NCBI GenBank assembly: GCA_964016885.1
Contig: OZ024747.1
Span: forward strand, 16,988,001 to 17,052,000
Reading direction: 5' to 3'
DNA from: Eledone cirrhosa
Lineage: Eukaryota
Length of the DNA: 64,000 nt
Below the pieces are notes generated by a model. The model saw only the letters and a program-made list of their open reading frames with translations, was not told the DNA's origin and did no database searches. Positions 41,883 to 56,732 of this stretch are shown here, piece after piece. Within the stretch, counting starts at the first letter, position 1; each line of letters begins with the position of its first letter. The position numbers and the translations under genes were made by a program.

Positions 41883-41902
41883 ATATATATGTATATATAT
41901 AA

Positions 41903-41962
<60 letters not shown>

Positions 41963-41965
41963 ATG

Positions 41966-41999
<34 letters not shown>

Positions 42000-42001
<2 letters not shown>

Positions 42002-42178
42002 GTAATAAGAATAAATTTGAAGCCTAAAATCCAAAGAGGGCTTGATAAGGATAAATATATATCAAATATATAAGAACCGTAGAGCAAATATTTATTAAAA
42101 TAACAGCTTAAAGATCCCGTTAAGGGTTAAAGCACCGATTCTTTTCTTAAACTTTAATCGGTTATTTTAATAAATATA
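42000..42178. mobile_element. Family H12 mini-element with decayed hammerhead
   Basis: CTAAAATCCAAAGAGGGCT.GATAAGGATAAATAT and CCCGTTAAGGG are shared with 57878-58040 and 63070-63210. Confidence 0.6.
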
Positions 42179-42206
42179 TATATATATATGTATGTATGCA
42201 TGTGTG

Positions 42207-42254
<48 letters not shown>

Positions 42255-42257
42255 TAT

Positions 42258-43356
42258 ATTGTTATACTTGGGGAGGGTCATATTTGCGTAATATTGCCAG
42301 AATTAATAACAGAACACACTCACTGTTTGGTTGGTTTTCGCTTCTCGCTGTCTTTTATATCTGCAATCTAACTTACTCGGTCCTCAATGTTGCCATTGAC
42401 TGACCGACGGTCAAAAATAATACAGATACAATATAGACACAAACACATATATATAGTTTACATAATTTACATAAATCTTTCGTTGCACATCTGCAACATC
42501 GTCAGTGGTGTTATTTTTTTTTTTTTTTCCTCCTGTTGTGTTGTATGTCTACGCCATTTTTTGTTCAGTCTGTCTATATATTTATTTATTTATTTGCTTG
42601 TTTGTTTATTTTATTTTGTCTTCTTTGCGCATGCGTTTGCGTGTGTGTATAGTGTTGTGTGTGCTGTGTGACTAGTGTGTATAGTGTTGTGTCTGCTGGG
42701 TGACTAGTGTGTGTTTATGTGCTTGTTGTTATTGTGCTTGTGTATGTATTTATTTATCTTATTTTATTTTATTTTATTTATTTACTTATTTATACTTCTC
42801 TTAGGTCAGTGTTGTTTGTTTGGGTGTTGTTGTTGTTCCACTCATTCTTTCTGTTTAGCTTTGGTCTTCTAATTTCTATTTCACTGGCCTCTCTGATTTG
42901 CCTATCTGCTGGGTCATTCCTATGTTTAGATATTATTCTAATTTCTATGTTGTCTATGTCACCGTCATGTTGTTGTCTAGCATGTTCTTATAGTACTGAC
43001 CCGTTTTTTCGTCCTTTTAGTTCCCCCCAGTGTTGGTCTATCCTTTCACCTATGCTACGAGCTGTCTCACCTATGTATGTAGTTGTCATGTTTCTGCAAG
43101 TACCCTCTGTACATCTTATGCTATAGACTACGTTTCTAGTTTTACAGTTTATCCGGGGGTTCACCTTACATATGATACATTTCCTATTGGTACAGTGGGT
43201 TTTCTTAAAAGGGTAGGTTTTGTTGATCAGGGATTGTATGGTGGTTCCTGAGTGTGTTCTGTTATTAATTCTGGCAATATTACGCAAATGTGACCCTCCC
43301 CAAGTATAACAATATCTGTTTCGACACACGATTTCATATAAAAAACCTCGCTAAAC
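42258..43356 (-). mobile_element. 5'-truncated Penelope-like element (family B) with inverted terminal copy and tail
   Basis: GIY-YIG segment (NVVYSIRC...YIGETARSIGERIDQH) at 42830-43248; the terminus is repeated inverted at 43250-43313, followed by tail TCTGTTTCGACACACGATTTCA... Confidence 0.9.
42470..42510 (-). ncRNA. Hammerhead H3, stem I/III decayed
   Basis: CTGACGA-T-GTTGCA(GATG)TGCAAC-GAAA. Confidence 0.6.
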
Positions 43357-43386
43357 TAATTCATCGCCGCTATATGCATATATATA

Positions 43387-43432
<46 letters not shown>

Positions 43433-43436
43433 TATA

Positions 43437-43503
<67 letters not shown>

Positions 43504-43750
43504 GTGTACATGAAAGTGTGCAGGTATAGAGATGGAGAAAATATAGTATTCATTGATATAGCGAGAGAGTTGTATATTAGATATAGAGAGTGAGGGAGTT
43601 TGTTAAAGATCGATAGAGTGAAACGGAATGAGAGGGAGTCTTGTATGGTAGACATAGAGAGGGTTATAGTTTGGTGGTAATTGATATAGAGAGGGGAATT
43701 GAGATACAGATAGTTATAGAGAGTGATTTATATAGAGATGGGGGATTGGG

Positions 43751-44077
<327 letters not shown>

Positions 44078-44279
44078 TACTTGGGGAGGGTCATATTTGT
44101 GTAATATTGCCAGAATTAATAACAGAACACACTCACTGTTTGGTTGGCATTCGCTTTTCGCTTCTGTGTCTTTTATATCGGTAATCTAATTTATTCGGTC
44201 CTCAATGTTGCCATTGACTGACCAACGGTCAAAAATAATACAGATACAATATAGACACAAACACATATATATATAGTTT

Positions 44280-44321
44280 ATCAAAGTTCTTTCGTTGCAC
44301 ATCTGCAACATCGTCAGTGGT
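44280..44321 (-). ncRNA. Minimal type I hammerhead (family H3) in the PLE 3' region
   Basis: ACCA-CTGACGA-T-GTTGCA(GATG)TGCAAC-GAAA-GAAC-TT-TGAT; same sense as the ORF, one stem I mismatch. Confidence 0.78.
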
Positions 44322-44609
44322 GCTATTGTTTCCTCCCGTTACATTGTATGTCTACGCCATTTTTATTTAGTCTGTTTATATATTTATTTATTTGTTTGTT
44401 TGTTTATTTTATTTTGTCTTCTTTGCGCATGCGTTTGCGTGTGTGTATCGTGTTTTGAATGATGTGTGTTCGTGATTGGGTGATTGTGTATTGGTTAATG
44501 TATTCTATCTTTACTAGTGTGTGGTTATATGTGTTTGTTGTTAATGTGATGGTGTATGTATTTATTTATTTATCTATTTATTTATTTATTTATACTTCTC
44601 TTTGGTCAG

Positions 44610-45570
44610 TGTTGTTTGTTTGGGTGTTGTTGTTATTCCATTCATTCTTTCTGTTTAGTCTTGGCCTTCTAAGTTCTATTTCACTGGCCTCTCTGAGTTG
44701 CCTATCTGCTGGGTCATTTCTATGTTTAGATATTATTCAAATTTCTATGTTGTCTATATTACTGTCGTGTTGTTGTCTGGCATGTTCCTATAATACTGAC
44801 CCGTTTTTTCGTCCTTTTAGTTCCCCCCAGTGTTGGTCTATCCTTTCACCTATGCTACGAGCTGTCTCGCCTATGTATGTTGTAGTCATGTTTCTGCAAG
44901 TACCCTCTGTACATCTTATGCTATAGACTACGTTTCTAGTTTTACAGTTTATCCGGGGGTTCACCTTACATATGATACATTTCCTATTAGTACAGTGGAT
45001 TTTCTTAAAAGGGTAGGTTTTGCTGATCAGAGATTTTATGGTGGTTCCTGGCTTTTCTACCACCTTAATCTTTAAGTGGGTCTTTCTCAGGGCCTTTCTA
45101 CACTGGTTAGCTAATTTCCCTCCAGGGGTAGCGTCCACAAACATGACACTCTGGTATCTCTGGTTGTCGTACCATGAGGTGGCTTTCCCTATTTTATGTC
45201 TAGCCCTACCTAAGCTATTCCATGATTTGCTCCTGTATAATGGGCAAATTCCTTTCATGTCCAGTTCTATGAGGGTCTTATACTTCTCCATGGCTCCTTC
45301 GTATACTCTGACTCTGTCTCTTTGGTTGTAGCCAGAGAACTGCATGCGGTTGATGAAGTGTTGGATGTGTCTTTCCATTTCTGTTGGGTCGCACATGCGG
45401 GACACATTCTTCATCACTCGTACCAAATCTGCGATCAGAATATTAAACTTAGCACTAGTGGACATTGCTGAGTTTTTGAGTATCAGGTATTTGGAGGCCA
45501 TGGGTTTAGCATAGTGTGAGTGGAGAATTTGGGCTTCCTCGTCTATAGTGTTAATCCAGAGTTCCGTGTC
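44610..45570 (-). pseudogene. PLE polyprotein C-terminus (RT thumb and GIY-YIG endonuclease), with premature stops
   Basis: ORF 44788..45501: HYAKPMAS, RMQFSGY, C-x4-C-x2-C, CKTRNVVYSIRC, YIGETAR; past the stop it continues RQLREA...LNRKNEW. Confidence 0.9.
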
Positions 45571-45852
45571 TCAATTGATGGATGTTAACCCGAAATATAT
45601 AGGGACAATTAAATCTCTCCCAAGGTAACTCTCTCTCCTGTTGTTATTTTTTATTTTTATCCTTTACGCTCTTTCCTTCATTCCTCTACACGTCTTATAC
45701 ACGCAACGCATCTCAACGTACACCCACTACATCTCTCTCTCCACCACCGGATCTTGTTACCCGGAGACTTACCCATTTGCATTGTCGAGGCTTCCAAACG
45801 ACTTAAAGAAATTTACCTTATTATTCCACAATGCTTCAAGCAAACTTCAATA

Positions 45853-45894
<42 letters not shown>

Positions 45895-46987
45895 TATTTA
45901 TAGCGCAAACATAGATGTCAAGAAGGTGTTGCATCACATGTTGCTGAGTAGAAAAGTCTTAAAATGTTCCCTTTTTTATTTTATACTCCTACGGTGTTGC
46001 GTTTCTTAAAACCGACATATATTTGTATGGTTATATGGTTACCTTATTGCTGGATTAACAAATTTAGGTATGGTCAATGAAGGTGTACTTTAAAAAAATA
46101 GGAATGATCTATTTAAGGGGTGACTTATGGCTAACAACAGCAACGTTAATTTTGACGCGTGTGTCAAAATAGTAATACTTAAATCAATATACACAAAAAT
46201 GCATCAACAAGAAATTCAAATCACAGTTTCCTATTCATATTTGCCCTAAAGCATATCCATTATGAAATGTTATTTCGTAAAAGTTAAAAAAACATTTTAC
46301 TGTCGTATAAAGCGTGTTCTTCAAAACCACTCGCAGAAATTTCCCCTCCGCTAAATTGGTGCATGGAGAAATTAAATTTCGATTTTCTACGTATACCTTC
46401 CCGGATACATGTTTTAACATCTAGAATTATGTTATTGTTATTTTGTAGTACTATATTAAATTCTATGAAATGTATTGATTTTCTTTGCAAAGAATATCAT
46501 AGCAGTGTTTCGTCAAACTCTAGAATGAATAAATGTATTTTGGCTTTTAGACATACATAACGAATTCTTTCATGCTAATACTTTAAAAATGACTTAAGTT
46601 CTAGTGTTTACCTTTAAATCCCCCTCACATAGACACAGGCCGTTACATGTTTACTCGTATATGTGCTCATATAGTGATATGTGTGTAAACAACGATTCAA
46701 TTATATGTAAATAGCAACAAGTGTGAGTGTGTGCTTTTTACACAAGCGGCGCAGAAATATGTAAATATATATCAATATCAATATATAATTAAATAAATTC
46801 AAGTAGTAGTGGTACTAACAATAATAGTAGGAAGTAGTATCAGGGAGACTATTTTTAATATTGTATCGGTAGAAGAATGTGGAGTGAAGGACGTTTAAGT
46901 TTATTGTTCCACTAAACATTTGTATTGGACGTACATTTAACATTGGCGTTTGAATCAGTGACAAACTATGTTATGTTTGTAAGTAAC

Positions 46988-47182
46988 GGTTTCTGAGTTA
47001 GACACGAGGCTAGCAATTATGGGGGAAGAGAAATGTCAATTATATCATCACCAATGCGTGACTGGTACTTTATGTTATAGACCCCGTAAGTTAACCTCGG
47101 TGGGATTTGAACTCAGAATGCCGTAACTATGTGCAACAAAGCATGCTGTCCGATGCTATACCAACTCCTCCAATCTACCGAC
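46988..47182 (-). mobile_element. Older SINE copy
   Basis: GGGATTTGAACTCAG (B box, reversed), CTGGTACTTTA, CCAATCTACC. Confidence 0.7.
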
Positions 47183-47945
47183 CTTGTGTTTGAAAGTAAT
47201 GCAAACGTACAATTTAGTTTACAATATTGTTAAATATTTATCTTTGAAAACTTAGCTACAATTGCGTTATTTGCATATTACAAATAAGTACGTTACTTAC
47301 TAATAATGAATATATCACATATATAGGGTTAAAATAAGGTTTCAGATATATTTTAATTCGGGTTCGCCGTTAAAACTACTTTATACAGGGAGAGCAATTA
47401 ATTCTGACAGCCGCAGAAACTCTGCTGCTCTCCAATGTTTTACATAACGCTAATCTCAAATAAGCAAGACGAAAATGAAATTATGTACATAATGCTAAAC
47501 AGCAAAATGAAATTGAATTGATAATATCACTCCATGTTGGTATACAAGCATCGTACGCTTTTTGTTTAGTTATATAGATAATGTAATGGATATGTTGTTG
47601 CCTTAATAACACTGCATTTCTTATCTAAAAAAAACCTCTAACACCTTCAGGTTAAATTGAAATTACATATACGTTATAATTATTTTTTCTTTGCAGTGTT
47701 TAACCCTACACTTTGAGAAGCATTTCCAGATATCATAGCAGGACATATTTTTATCAGTTGAAACCCATAAATAGGTTGTGTGGGCAAATATGAAAACGTC
47801 ACAAAAGAATATTGTGATAAATATGATATAATATAGAATTATATACATGATATTAGCAATATATTATAAAGAGAATATCTCATATATCGCATTGCAATGA
47901 ATTACAATACTGTAAAACGAAACATAGACATATGATTTTCCTAGT

Positions 47946-48000
<55 letters not shown>

Positions 48001-48001
<1 letters not shown>

Positions 48002-48082
48002 ATGGGCCGCATGAAACGTTCATAGGCTGACCAAGATACACTCGTGGATTGACCAAATGAGGTTTATTTTACAACATAATCC
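48001..48082. mobile_element. Possible mariner-type terminal remnant
   Basis: TA-adjacent GAAACGTTCATAGGCTGACCAAGATAC...GAGGTTTATTTT.CAACATA resembles mariner ends from recall only; no partner TIR seen. Confidence 0.35.
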
Positions 48083-49414
48083 ATAGAAAGAAACAATGCA
48101 GTTATTAATAAAAATTAAAATTAATGCATGCAGGATTTCAAAGTTCTAGCATTAATCGTTCAGAGACAGCCTATAAAATGTCCACCCGACAACTGTCACA
48201 TCGGTTCGTGTGCGACTGAATTGACTTCAGGAATAAGTGTATTTATCATATATATATATTACACATTTTCATATTCTGAGTAAATGGTATATTTCATTGC
48301 TGAGATATGTCATAATACAGCAAATAACGAATGAAGCTGATAATACTGAAAACAAATTCCCTTGAGTTCAAATTGGTACATACGCACATTTAATGGCATA
48401 CTGACATTTCTGTATATTTGCTAGATGTCGTCTCAATGGCAAACAGATTGTAGAGAAAACAATAGATATTGGAATGGAGCCTATATAAGCAGGCGTTCAG
48501 CTCTGTACAACGGAATAGTATACTTCAGTTGCAATAAATAAACATCAGAAAATAAAATAACAAGACAGATCTCAAAACGATATTGAAAAATGTATATATA
48601 TTTATTAAAAGTCTTGGCTGGTTCTGAGAATTGACTACAAGAATAACGTTGGAATTAAACATAAGATGCAAAAGTATGCCACATTTCAGGACATTTTTTA
48701 AACTATGGTCACCCGAAATCTATTCATAGTAATTCCCTGTAGCATGTTTTTTATGATGAATATGGTATTCTGATGAGCAACAAGAAAATGCCTCAATGTC
48801 TATTTTTTAATTGCTTTTTTCCTAGAAGATTAATTTGGGAGAAAATGAATTCGTAAAGAATATCAGACATACTATATTGTAGAGGATTGTGATGGTTACA
48901 TGAAATTGCGTATTATATTGACTAAACGTAGAAACTATGACACTGCTTGGAAGAGATGGCTCTCGTGATGAACATTGACAAGATATTTAATTCAACATAG
49001 CGATTAGACTCATGGTTGTAGAATAACAAACTAATTACTGCCAGTCAGGTTGCCCGTTATATATAGTCATTCTAAAGGATATAATGAAACTGGTGTCTCA
49101 GAAAATGTCCACCTTATAATGAACATATCGTGTATATCATTTAGAACAAGCGCAGGTTTCTCTAACGAGAATAAACACTTGAAATAACATCAATTACTTA
49201 AGATTGCATCAATATGTGATAATTGATGCTACACTGTCTTATTTGTTTACGGTTAAGCCGAATCGATTTCTAAGTGTCTCAAACAAGAATATTCGCTCTG
49301 GCAATGCCGAGATTACACACAACTAGTAAAATCGTCCAGTTCAATACGAATTCAGCTATTCGACCTGTTAATATACCACTACTGATATAAAATATCAAAC
49401 AGTATGTTATATTG

Positions 49415-49476
<62 letters not shown>

Positions 49477-49478
<2 letters not shown>

Positions 49479-49741
49479 TTTCTGAATTTGTTTAGCAAGA
49501 TTCTTTATCTGAAATCGTGTGTTGAAACCGATATTGTTATACTTTGGGAGGGTCACAGAGTGTGTGACGAAAGGACTATGACTATATATAAACAACTATC
49601 TGGTTGTGGAACCAACCAACCAACCGGAAATTTATAAGTTTGTAAGTTTGTGAATTTATAAATTTATAAATATATAATAAATTGAAGTGAAAGCAACTGG
49701 TGCGTGTGTTTCTTATTGGCAACATGACCCTCCCAAAGTAT

Positions 49742-49747
<6 letters not shown>
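49477..49747. mobile_element. PLE family A fold-back with half hammerhead
   Basis: Tail and inverted terminus are joined at GGTCA to GTCAC...GTGAC-GAAA-GGAC-TA-TGAC and the sense terminus. Confidence 0.78.
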
Positions 49748-49789
<42 letters not shown>

Positions 49790-51472
49790 TCTTTGGATTT
49801 TAGTCTTCAAATCTATTAGTATTACTATATATATATATATGATATTTTGCATATTTCGCATTTAATAAATCACGCGTAATATCTGTTTCACCCACACTGC
49901 TTAAGTAGCTCCTGTATATCAATAAATATTGATAATCGAATCGGTAAATGTATAATCGTAAATGTTGCTATATCGTAACACTACACTCAATTAAATCGTT
50001 CTGCTATACCCTCCCTTGATTAATATTGGCATTCGTATATATCTCAAATACAATAAAATTAATAATGTCAAATACATTATAAGTATCGAATCATAAACAT
50101 TATCTTAGATAATTAGGCATAAATCTAGTTATATTTTGAGAACATTGTTGCGAGAAATTAAATTGTATCTACTAATTGGTTATTAATTTAGAACTATATT
50201 TCTATGATCTAAAATCAATATAGCCAGGGGGTAAAATTTAAACCCCTATTACATATATTCTACGAAATACCATGTGCCTTTAATAACATCGTTGACTGTT
50301 CTATTCACTATATTTCTATATCAATGAAATGTATCCGTCATACAGGAAGACATTCCAGATGAGCCTATAGCAAAGGAGTTCATAACTACTCCAGGATTTA
50401 GTTTGCTTGATGAAGTTACTTTATTATGTGTTATCAATGTTATTGTTTTTCAATTCCCATGTATACGTAATTTCATTTCGCCGATAGAAATGTGTAGCTG
50501 ATGTGATTATAGTGAACTTTGAGAGAACATGATATTAGTCCAACATATGTTTCAGGGGTATTTTATGTTTTGACTTCATATGTTATATGTTTCAGTTATA
50601 CTAAGAACTCCGTATAATGCAGTTACAACTTAGATCAGTATGGCTAGATGTTAGTTTGTGGTCTTGTGGACGTAGTGGTAAAGATATATAATCAAATTTA
50701 GAAGCATTTTCATTCAACGATGTTCTTATGAAATACTTAGTTGCTCGCCATTAGTAAATAAAAAAAACACGGTTTTTAGCTTAAAATATATTTCTGGTAT
50801 TAGACATGAGACTGTTGTTGAATGAGACTTTTTCCAACTTAATCCTTGTTTTCTGTTAAATTAATTTGTTATCTTAAAATTTCAGATTTTTCCCACTAAC
50901 CACCTTTTGTCAATGAAGCCTTGTAATGACGCGTCTTATTTTATAAAAGAGTTTTCGTAGTCGAAATATTACAAGGCTTATATTAGGTAGCTTTAGCAAT
51001 GCATTGAGTGATATACATGAGGTGATTTGTTACGTGATGGAATACATTGAGTGTTCCATTAGTTTTATGGTTGCAATAACGCCTAGAAAGGTTTTGGATT
51101 TCAACGTAATGCCGAAAAAGCATACAAAAATAATGTTAATCAGCGTTTATTTTTACACCCTGTTGATTGAAGTAATAATGTAAGTGATTTATCAAATTAT
51201 CAATGTGATATGGTTTGACATTGTGTGCATTTGATAAAGAGCGATTATTGGAATATAATCAGTAACTCAAACCGATACATATCGCATCATAAAAGCTGTC
51301 ATAATTATCTCAACATTAAGTGAATTGTATAATGCATATTATTCCAACCATTCAGAAAACAATAAAATATTATGTTAAACTTCGTGTTCAATAAGTTATT
51401 CTAATATGTGGCTAGAATTTATATATTTAAAAAAAGGGAAATGAAGAAATTCCTCTTAGTAATTGTCACCAA

Positions 51473-52226
51473 TGTTGACTATGTTACCGTCGTGTTGTTG
51501 CCTATATGAACATGCCACACAACAACAGGACGGTAACATAGACAACTTAGAAATTAGAATAATATCTAAACATAGAAATGACCCAGCAGATAGGTAAATC
51601 AGAGAGGCCAGCGAAATAGAACTTAGTAGACCAAGTCTAAAGAGAAAAAAATGAATGGAATAACAACAACACCCAAACAAACAATACTGATCTAAGAGAA
51701 GTATAAATACATAAGTAAATACATACACAAGGACAATAACAACACACACATATAAACATACACTAGTAAACTAAGATAGAATACAATAACCAATACGCAG
51801 TCACCCAAACACGAACACACATCAAACACTATACATACACGCAAACGCATGCGCAGAGAAGACAAACAAATAAATAAATAAACAGACTAAATAAAGATGG
51901 CGTAGGCATACAATACAACGGTATGAAACATAATAGCACCACTGACGATGTTGCAGATGTGCAACGAAAGAACTTTATTAGACTATATATATATGTGTTT
52001 GTGTCTATATTGTATCTGTATTTTTGAGCGTTGGTCAGTCAATGGTAACATTGAGGACCGAATAAATTAAATTAACCGATATAAAAGACACAGAAGCGAA
52101 AACCAACCAAACAGTGAGTGTGTTCTGTTATTAATTCTGGCAATATTATTACACAAATATGACCCTCCCCAAGTATAACAATATTTGTTTCGACACACGA
52201 TTTCATATAAAAAACCTCGCAAAACT
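51473..52226 (+). mobile_element. Third family B Penelope-like copy (extreme 3' part with tail)
   Basis: Homologous to 44073-44790 in the opposite orientation; short 5' inversion 51473-51500; tail at 52185-52225. Confidence 0.88.
51938..51979 (+). ncRNA. Hammerhead H3
   Basis: CTGACGA-T-GTTGCA(GATG)TGCAAC-GAAA-GAAC-TT; stem I decayed. Confidence 0.65.
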
Positions 52227-53345
52227 ATATATATATACATATACTATAAAGAAAAGAGACGCTTTCAAATGTACATACTCTATTTATTGTGTAAAGATTA
52301 ATGAATTTATGTGAGTGTGTATGTGTTTATGTGCTTGTGTATGTGCGTTTGGGTGTGGATCTGTCAGTGGGATTTTTCGTGAGTCTGTATCAGCTGTATT
52401 TCCTATAGGGTTTTGTTTTTCAAATACTTGTTGACGAGTAACTTTCTCAATGAGATGGTCCATGTAGTATAGTGTCAAACTCAGCCAAGGCAAGAGAAGG
52501 CAAGGCATAGCAAATATTTCACGATGACCCAGCCAGAGTTGCCCTGGTTGAAAGACATGTTTAAACGTTGAACCCAGCGTATAGTTGAATTCTCAGGTAA
52601 ATCCAGATGTCATTCGGAACACGTTACTCATTTACGTAGAAGGTTCTAATATTTTGCATTAAAATGATTCTATGCAGCTAATATACAGTCTGTAAACTGG
52701 ATAGTTTATATATCAGTTCGTGATTACCCACACACACACAGCTGTTCAGAATAACAAACAAACACACATATATAACACATACTGTGTGTGTGTATCAAAA
52801 CTTGGTTTCATTTCTTCATTATATAGGCGATAACAATAATATTAGAGAATAAGCAATTTTGATTGGCTACGATTTCATAGTATCTAACGCAGATATACGA
52901 CATTTATCCATTAGACGTTTTGGAATATTAAGTCATACTGAATATTTGAAATGGATCGTCTATGCTGCAATATAATCATCTTTTTATTGTGCATAAAACC
53001 CTGCGGTTTGAAACATATTTAAGTGATTCTATATTTTCTGATAGTCATATATTTCAATCTGAAAGTATATTTAAATAAAGTTACATGAAACTGCATTTAA
53101 GAATTTCTAAAAAATATCTATGCAGCTTTTATCTTAATTTCAAAGATTTCTATCAAACTAATATGTTTATTTACTAAAAATGTAGATATATTTTAATGCA
53201 TACCCATGCCCTAACACACATAAATGCATGCACACACACAAACACACAGACACACAGATATATATATATATATATATATGAATGCATGCATACATATATT
53301 TATATATATACATATAAATATATATATATGTATATATATATATAC

Positions 53346-53429
<84 letters not shown>

Positions 53430-53587
53430 ATACATACAGCCCCCATCTCATATATATATAGATTTGTAATCGATCCAACGAACTCTATAGGAACCAATGC
53501 TAAAATCGGATTATTTCCGACATGGAAGAATATTCGGTTCCTTTTCAATTGTCTTTGCTGTTTTTTCTGACGTGTACACATTATTTG

Positions 53588-53775
53588 GCGGTGCATTGGC
53601 AGTATCGGTAGAGTGCCGGACGCCATGCTTTGCAGCACAGAGTTACGTCCCATTATGGACTGAGTTCAAATACCGTTGTCGTTAACTTTGCCTAACATAC
53701 TTATGGGGTCGATAAATTAAAATACCAATAATGTACTGGGTAATTGCTGGCCTTATGCCAAACGTAGAAACAATT
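53588..53775 (+). mobile_element. tRNA-derived SINE
   Basis: Full-length; A and B boxes. Confidence 0.85.
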
Positions 53776-56419
53776 AGTATTTGTATGTGTTCTTCAATCA
53801 GAAATGCCATACAATTGTCTTTAATGCGTTAATATTAATAGATGAATAACTACTAACCTATGAAATCAGTTACGACCCATACAAATATAGAATTTCTCAT
53901 ATAAAATTTGAACATATTTAATAGAATGTTTGGTGAGAGTGCGTATATTTACGTATACATAAATATATACAGGTTGTATGCAATGCATTTGTAATGCCAC
54001 TTGAGGAATATATTACATATGAGTCTTAGGTTATCGGTTATCCATTGCATATCATAGTTTAAGGAAGGATATATTCATATAATTATTTGGATTATTAGTT
54101 TCTGAATTTCTGAATTTCATGATAGCAATTATTCTAAGCAAAAATAACATCGATCATTTACCGGAATCAGTTAAAATAAGGATAAATCTTCAGCCCTTAA
54201 AACATTGAAATAAAGACTGTAGGTATGTTACATCTTACGCACAAGTTTTGTTTCATCAGCACCTCATGAATATATTCACATTATGCAAATTACAATCGCA
54301 CTTTCACATTATATCTATTCATCATCAATATTGATTTTCTGTTGGATCACAACATCAGTAATTTATTGGGCAGAGGTGGATGCCGTTACGTCATGGCCTG
54401 TACATTGCTGATTATATTGTTAATCTCACATAATTGATACAATAGGGCAAAACATACTTGAGGACATTCGACAGCCGGAAAATCCTAAATATTTGCAGGA
54501 AAATTTACTAATTCTAGCAATACCATGCTCTATATATGATCGTGTTTTTCTTATGCATAAAACTAGACATGTCATATATATCATTGTGATAAAAATCTGA
54601 ATTAGGTACGGTTGTTGAAAATTTAAAAGTCGAAATTGTTTCAGATCTTTGCTTATAAAAGTGTAATATACGAGACACAGAATATTATAGATAATGCTTG
54701 TGTATGCAGGTTTTTCTCTACCTGTATGTAGATTTTTTTGAGGGCTCCCACCTCTTATGTTCGTAATTTCCTAAATAGTGGAAGAGGAAAAGCAACACAT
54801 TAAAACGATTATTTTATTGTAGCATAAAAGCATAAATTGTAGCACATTGGTGGTGAAGGTACATTACTCTTTTGATAGGTATTGTATCAACAATTATTTT
54901 AGTGTCTTGAACGTATAGTATATTCCCACCTTTTTTCTGCAGTAGTGACTACGGCATAATGATTTTATTATCATAAGAACTGTAAACGACTTAAGTGACA
55001 ATGTTTACAACCAGATCATTACTGTAAATTTGTCAATAAACTTTAAGAATAATATACTCGTCCAATATGATTTTAATGACGACAATATTTTATTAGACTG
55101 TGTTTTGTATTCTCCTTCGGTATTTATTTCATTGCTTCCGAAAACTATTTGAAATTATATTCAGGCAATGATTTGATGTAAGCTTTATTTCATGATAGTT
55201 AATTGCTCCACGCAAGCATTAAACGAAAATATTTCTAGTGTTTGTATACTACAATTTGTGTATGTATTAGTGAGGTTAGTAAGATACTTAGATTTGAATA
55301 GCAAGTTAAGTTGTAGTTTATATTGTTTCAGCAGACTATATATTATTTTTATCTAGATTTCCTTTGTTATTCTGTGGCGTAAACGTTTACTGTTATACAT
55401 TAACCGTTTGTAACTGGGACACGAATTCAGATTATCAAACGTTTTATTAGTATTTCAGTGTTATAACTTTGTGACCACTAATTATGTGTTTCGTCAGCCT
55501 TAATGTTACCGAACAGACGACAGCCTCTATATTTTGCATATTAACAACTAGAGGGTTTTATTAAAGTTGTGAATAGTTGAGGAAATTGACATTAAAACAT
55601 TATTTTTATTTGCCCATACGTCACATAGTATTAAAGTTCAACTCTTTTCAATTTGATTACCACCACTCTCACACTACTAATTTGTATTTCGCGTTAGCGT
55701 AATATTAGAAGAAATGATATAGTCTACTGAATCAAGGCATGGACAAGACCGCTACATATTATATCAACTGCATAATGATGACAGGCAACGACGAAGCTAT
55801 TAACACTACTAATGAAAGCGTAAATATGTGTAATTTAATATTGCAATGAATTTAGGACAACGCTCTCTCTTTCTCCCCTCTGATTATTTTTTATATTATG
55901 AGATACAATTAGTTTAAATTAGCTTACTTTCATATTATAAGAATCAATTAGCTTAAATTAGCTTAGTGGTTTAAAAGGGCGCATATAAACACAAACATAA
56001 AACTTGTCTTCTTTCACGTTAATACAGATGGGTAGTAGAAGTCTCTACAACAAAGTAACTCAAAAGCTAATTTTCACCGTTAAATATGTTATAAAAGATA
56101 ATGACTTAATTAAATTTTCTTATTAGGACATTTTAGAAGCAAATGATAAAGTGTAAATATATTCAAATGTTACTGACCTACTTTATGGAAAGTTCACCAT
56201 ACCACATATAGGCTGTACATAGGGTAATGTAGCGGTACAGTATTTCACACAACTTATCACACATTCTTCAGTAGGACAGAGTGTATATATATGGTTGCAT
56301 ATGTTGCCGGTAGTAGATTCGGGATAAATTAGTTAATTTAGATATTTTATTGTGTGCTATGTTTCGAAGCCCACTCCAACTATTCTGTACATAATATGCT
56401 TTTATGATATATATATAAC

Positions 56420-56467
56420 TATATGTCGCAAAGCATGGCGTCCGACCCTCTACCGATACTGCCAATC
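56420..56467 (-). mobile_element. SINE 5' fragment
   Basis: GCATGGCGTCCGACCCTCTACCGATACTGCCAAT. Confidence 0.7.
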
Positions 56468-56532
56468 TAATACTGATACTTCTACATATATACAAGCATA
56501 ACATATACATAGATATGACAAAGGTGGCTTTA

Positions 56533-56732
56533 NNNNNNNNNNNNNNNNNNNNNNNNNNNNNNNNNNNNNNNNNNNNNNNNNNNNNNNNNNNNNNNNNNNN
56601 NNNNNNNNNNNNNNNNNNNNNNNNNNNNNNNNNNNNNNNNNNNNNNNNNNNNNNNNNNNNNNNNNNNNNNNNNNNNNNNNNNNNNNNNNNNNNNNNNNNN
56701 NNNNNNNNNNNNNNNNNNNNNNNNNNNNNNNN
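56533..56732. other. Assembly gap (200 N)
   Basis: Run of N. Confidence 1.

Larger units (their letters stand above)
44073..45570 (-). mobile_element. 5'-truncated Penelope-like element (family B)
   Basis: RT thumb, Cys-rich linker and GIY-YIG, followed by a 3' pLTR region with hammerhead; ends in (TA)n. Confidence 0.92.

Noticed and set aside
48768-48800. CTGATGA...GAAA, and similar chance cores at ~28250 and ~56235-56270
   Set aside because: No stem II or stem I pairing
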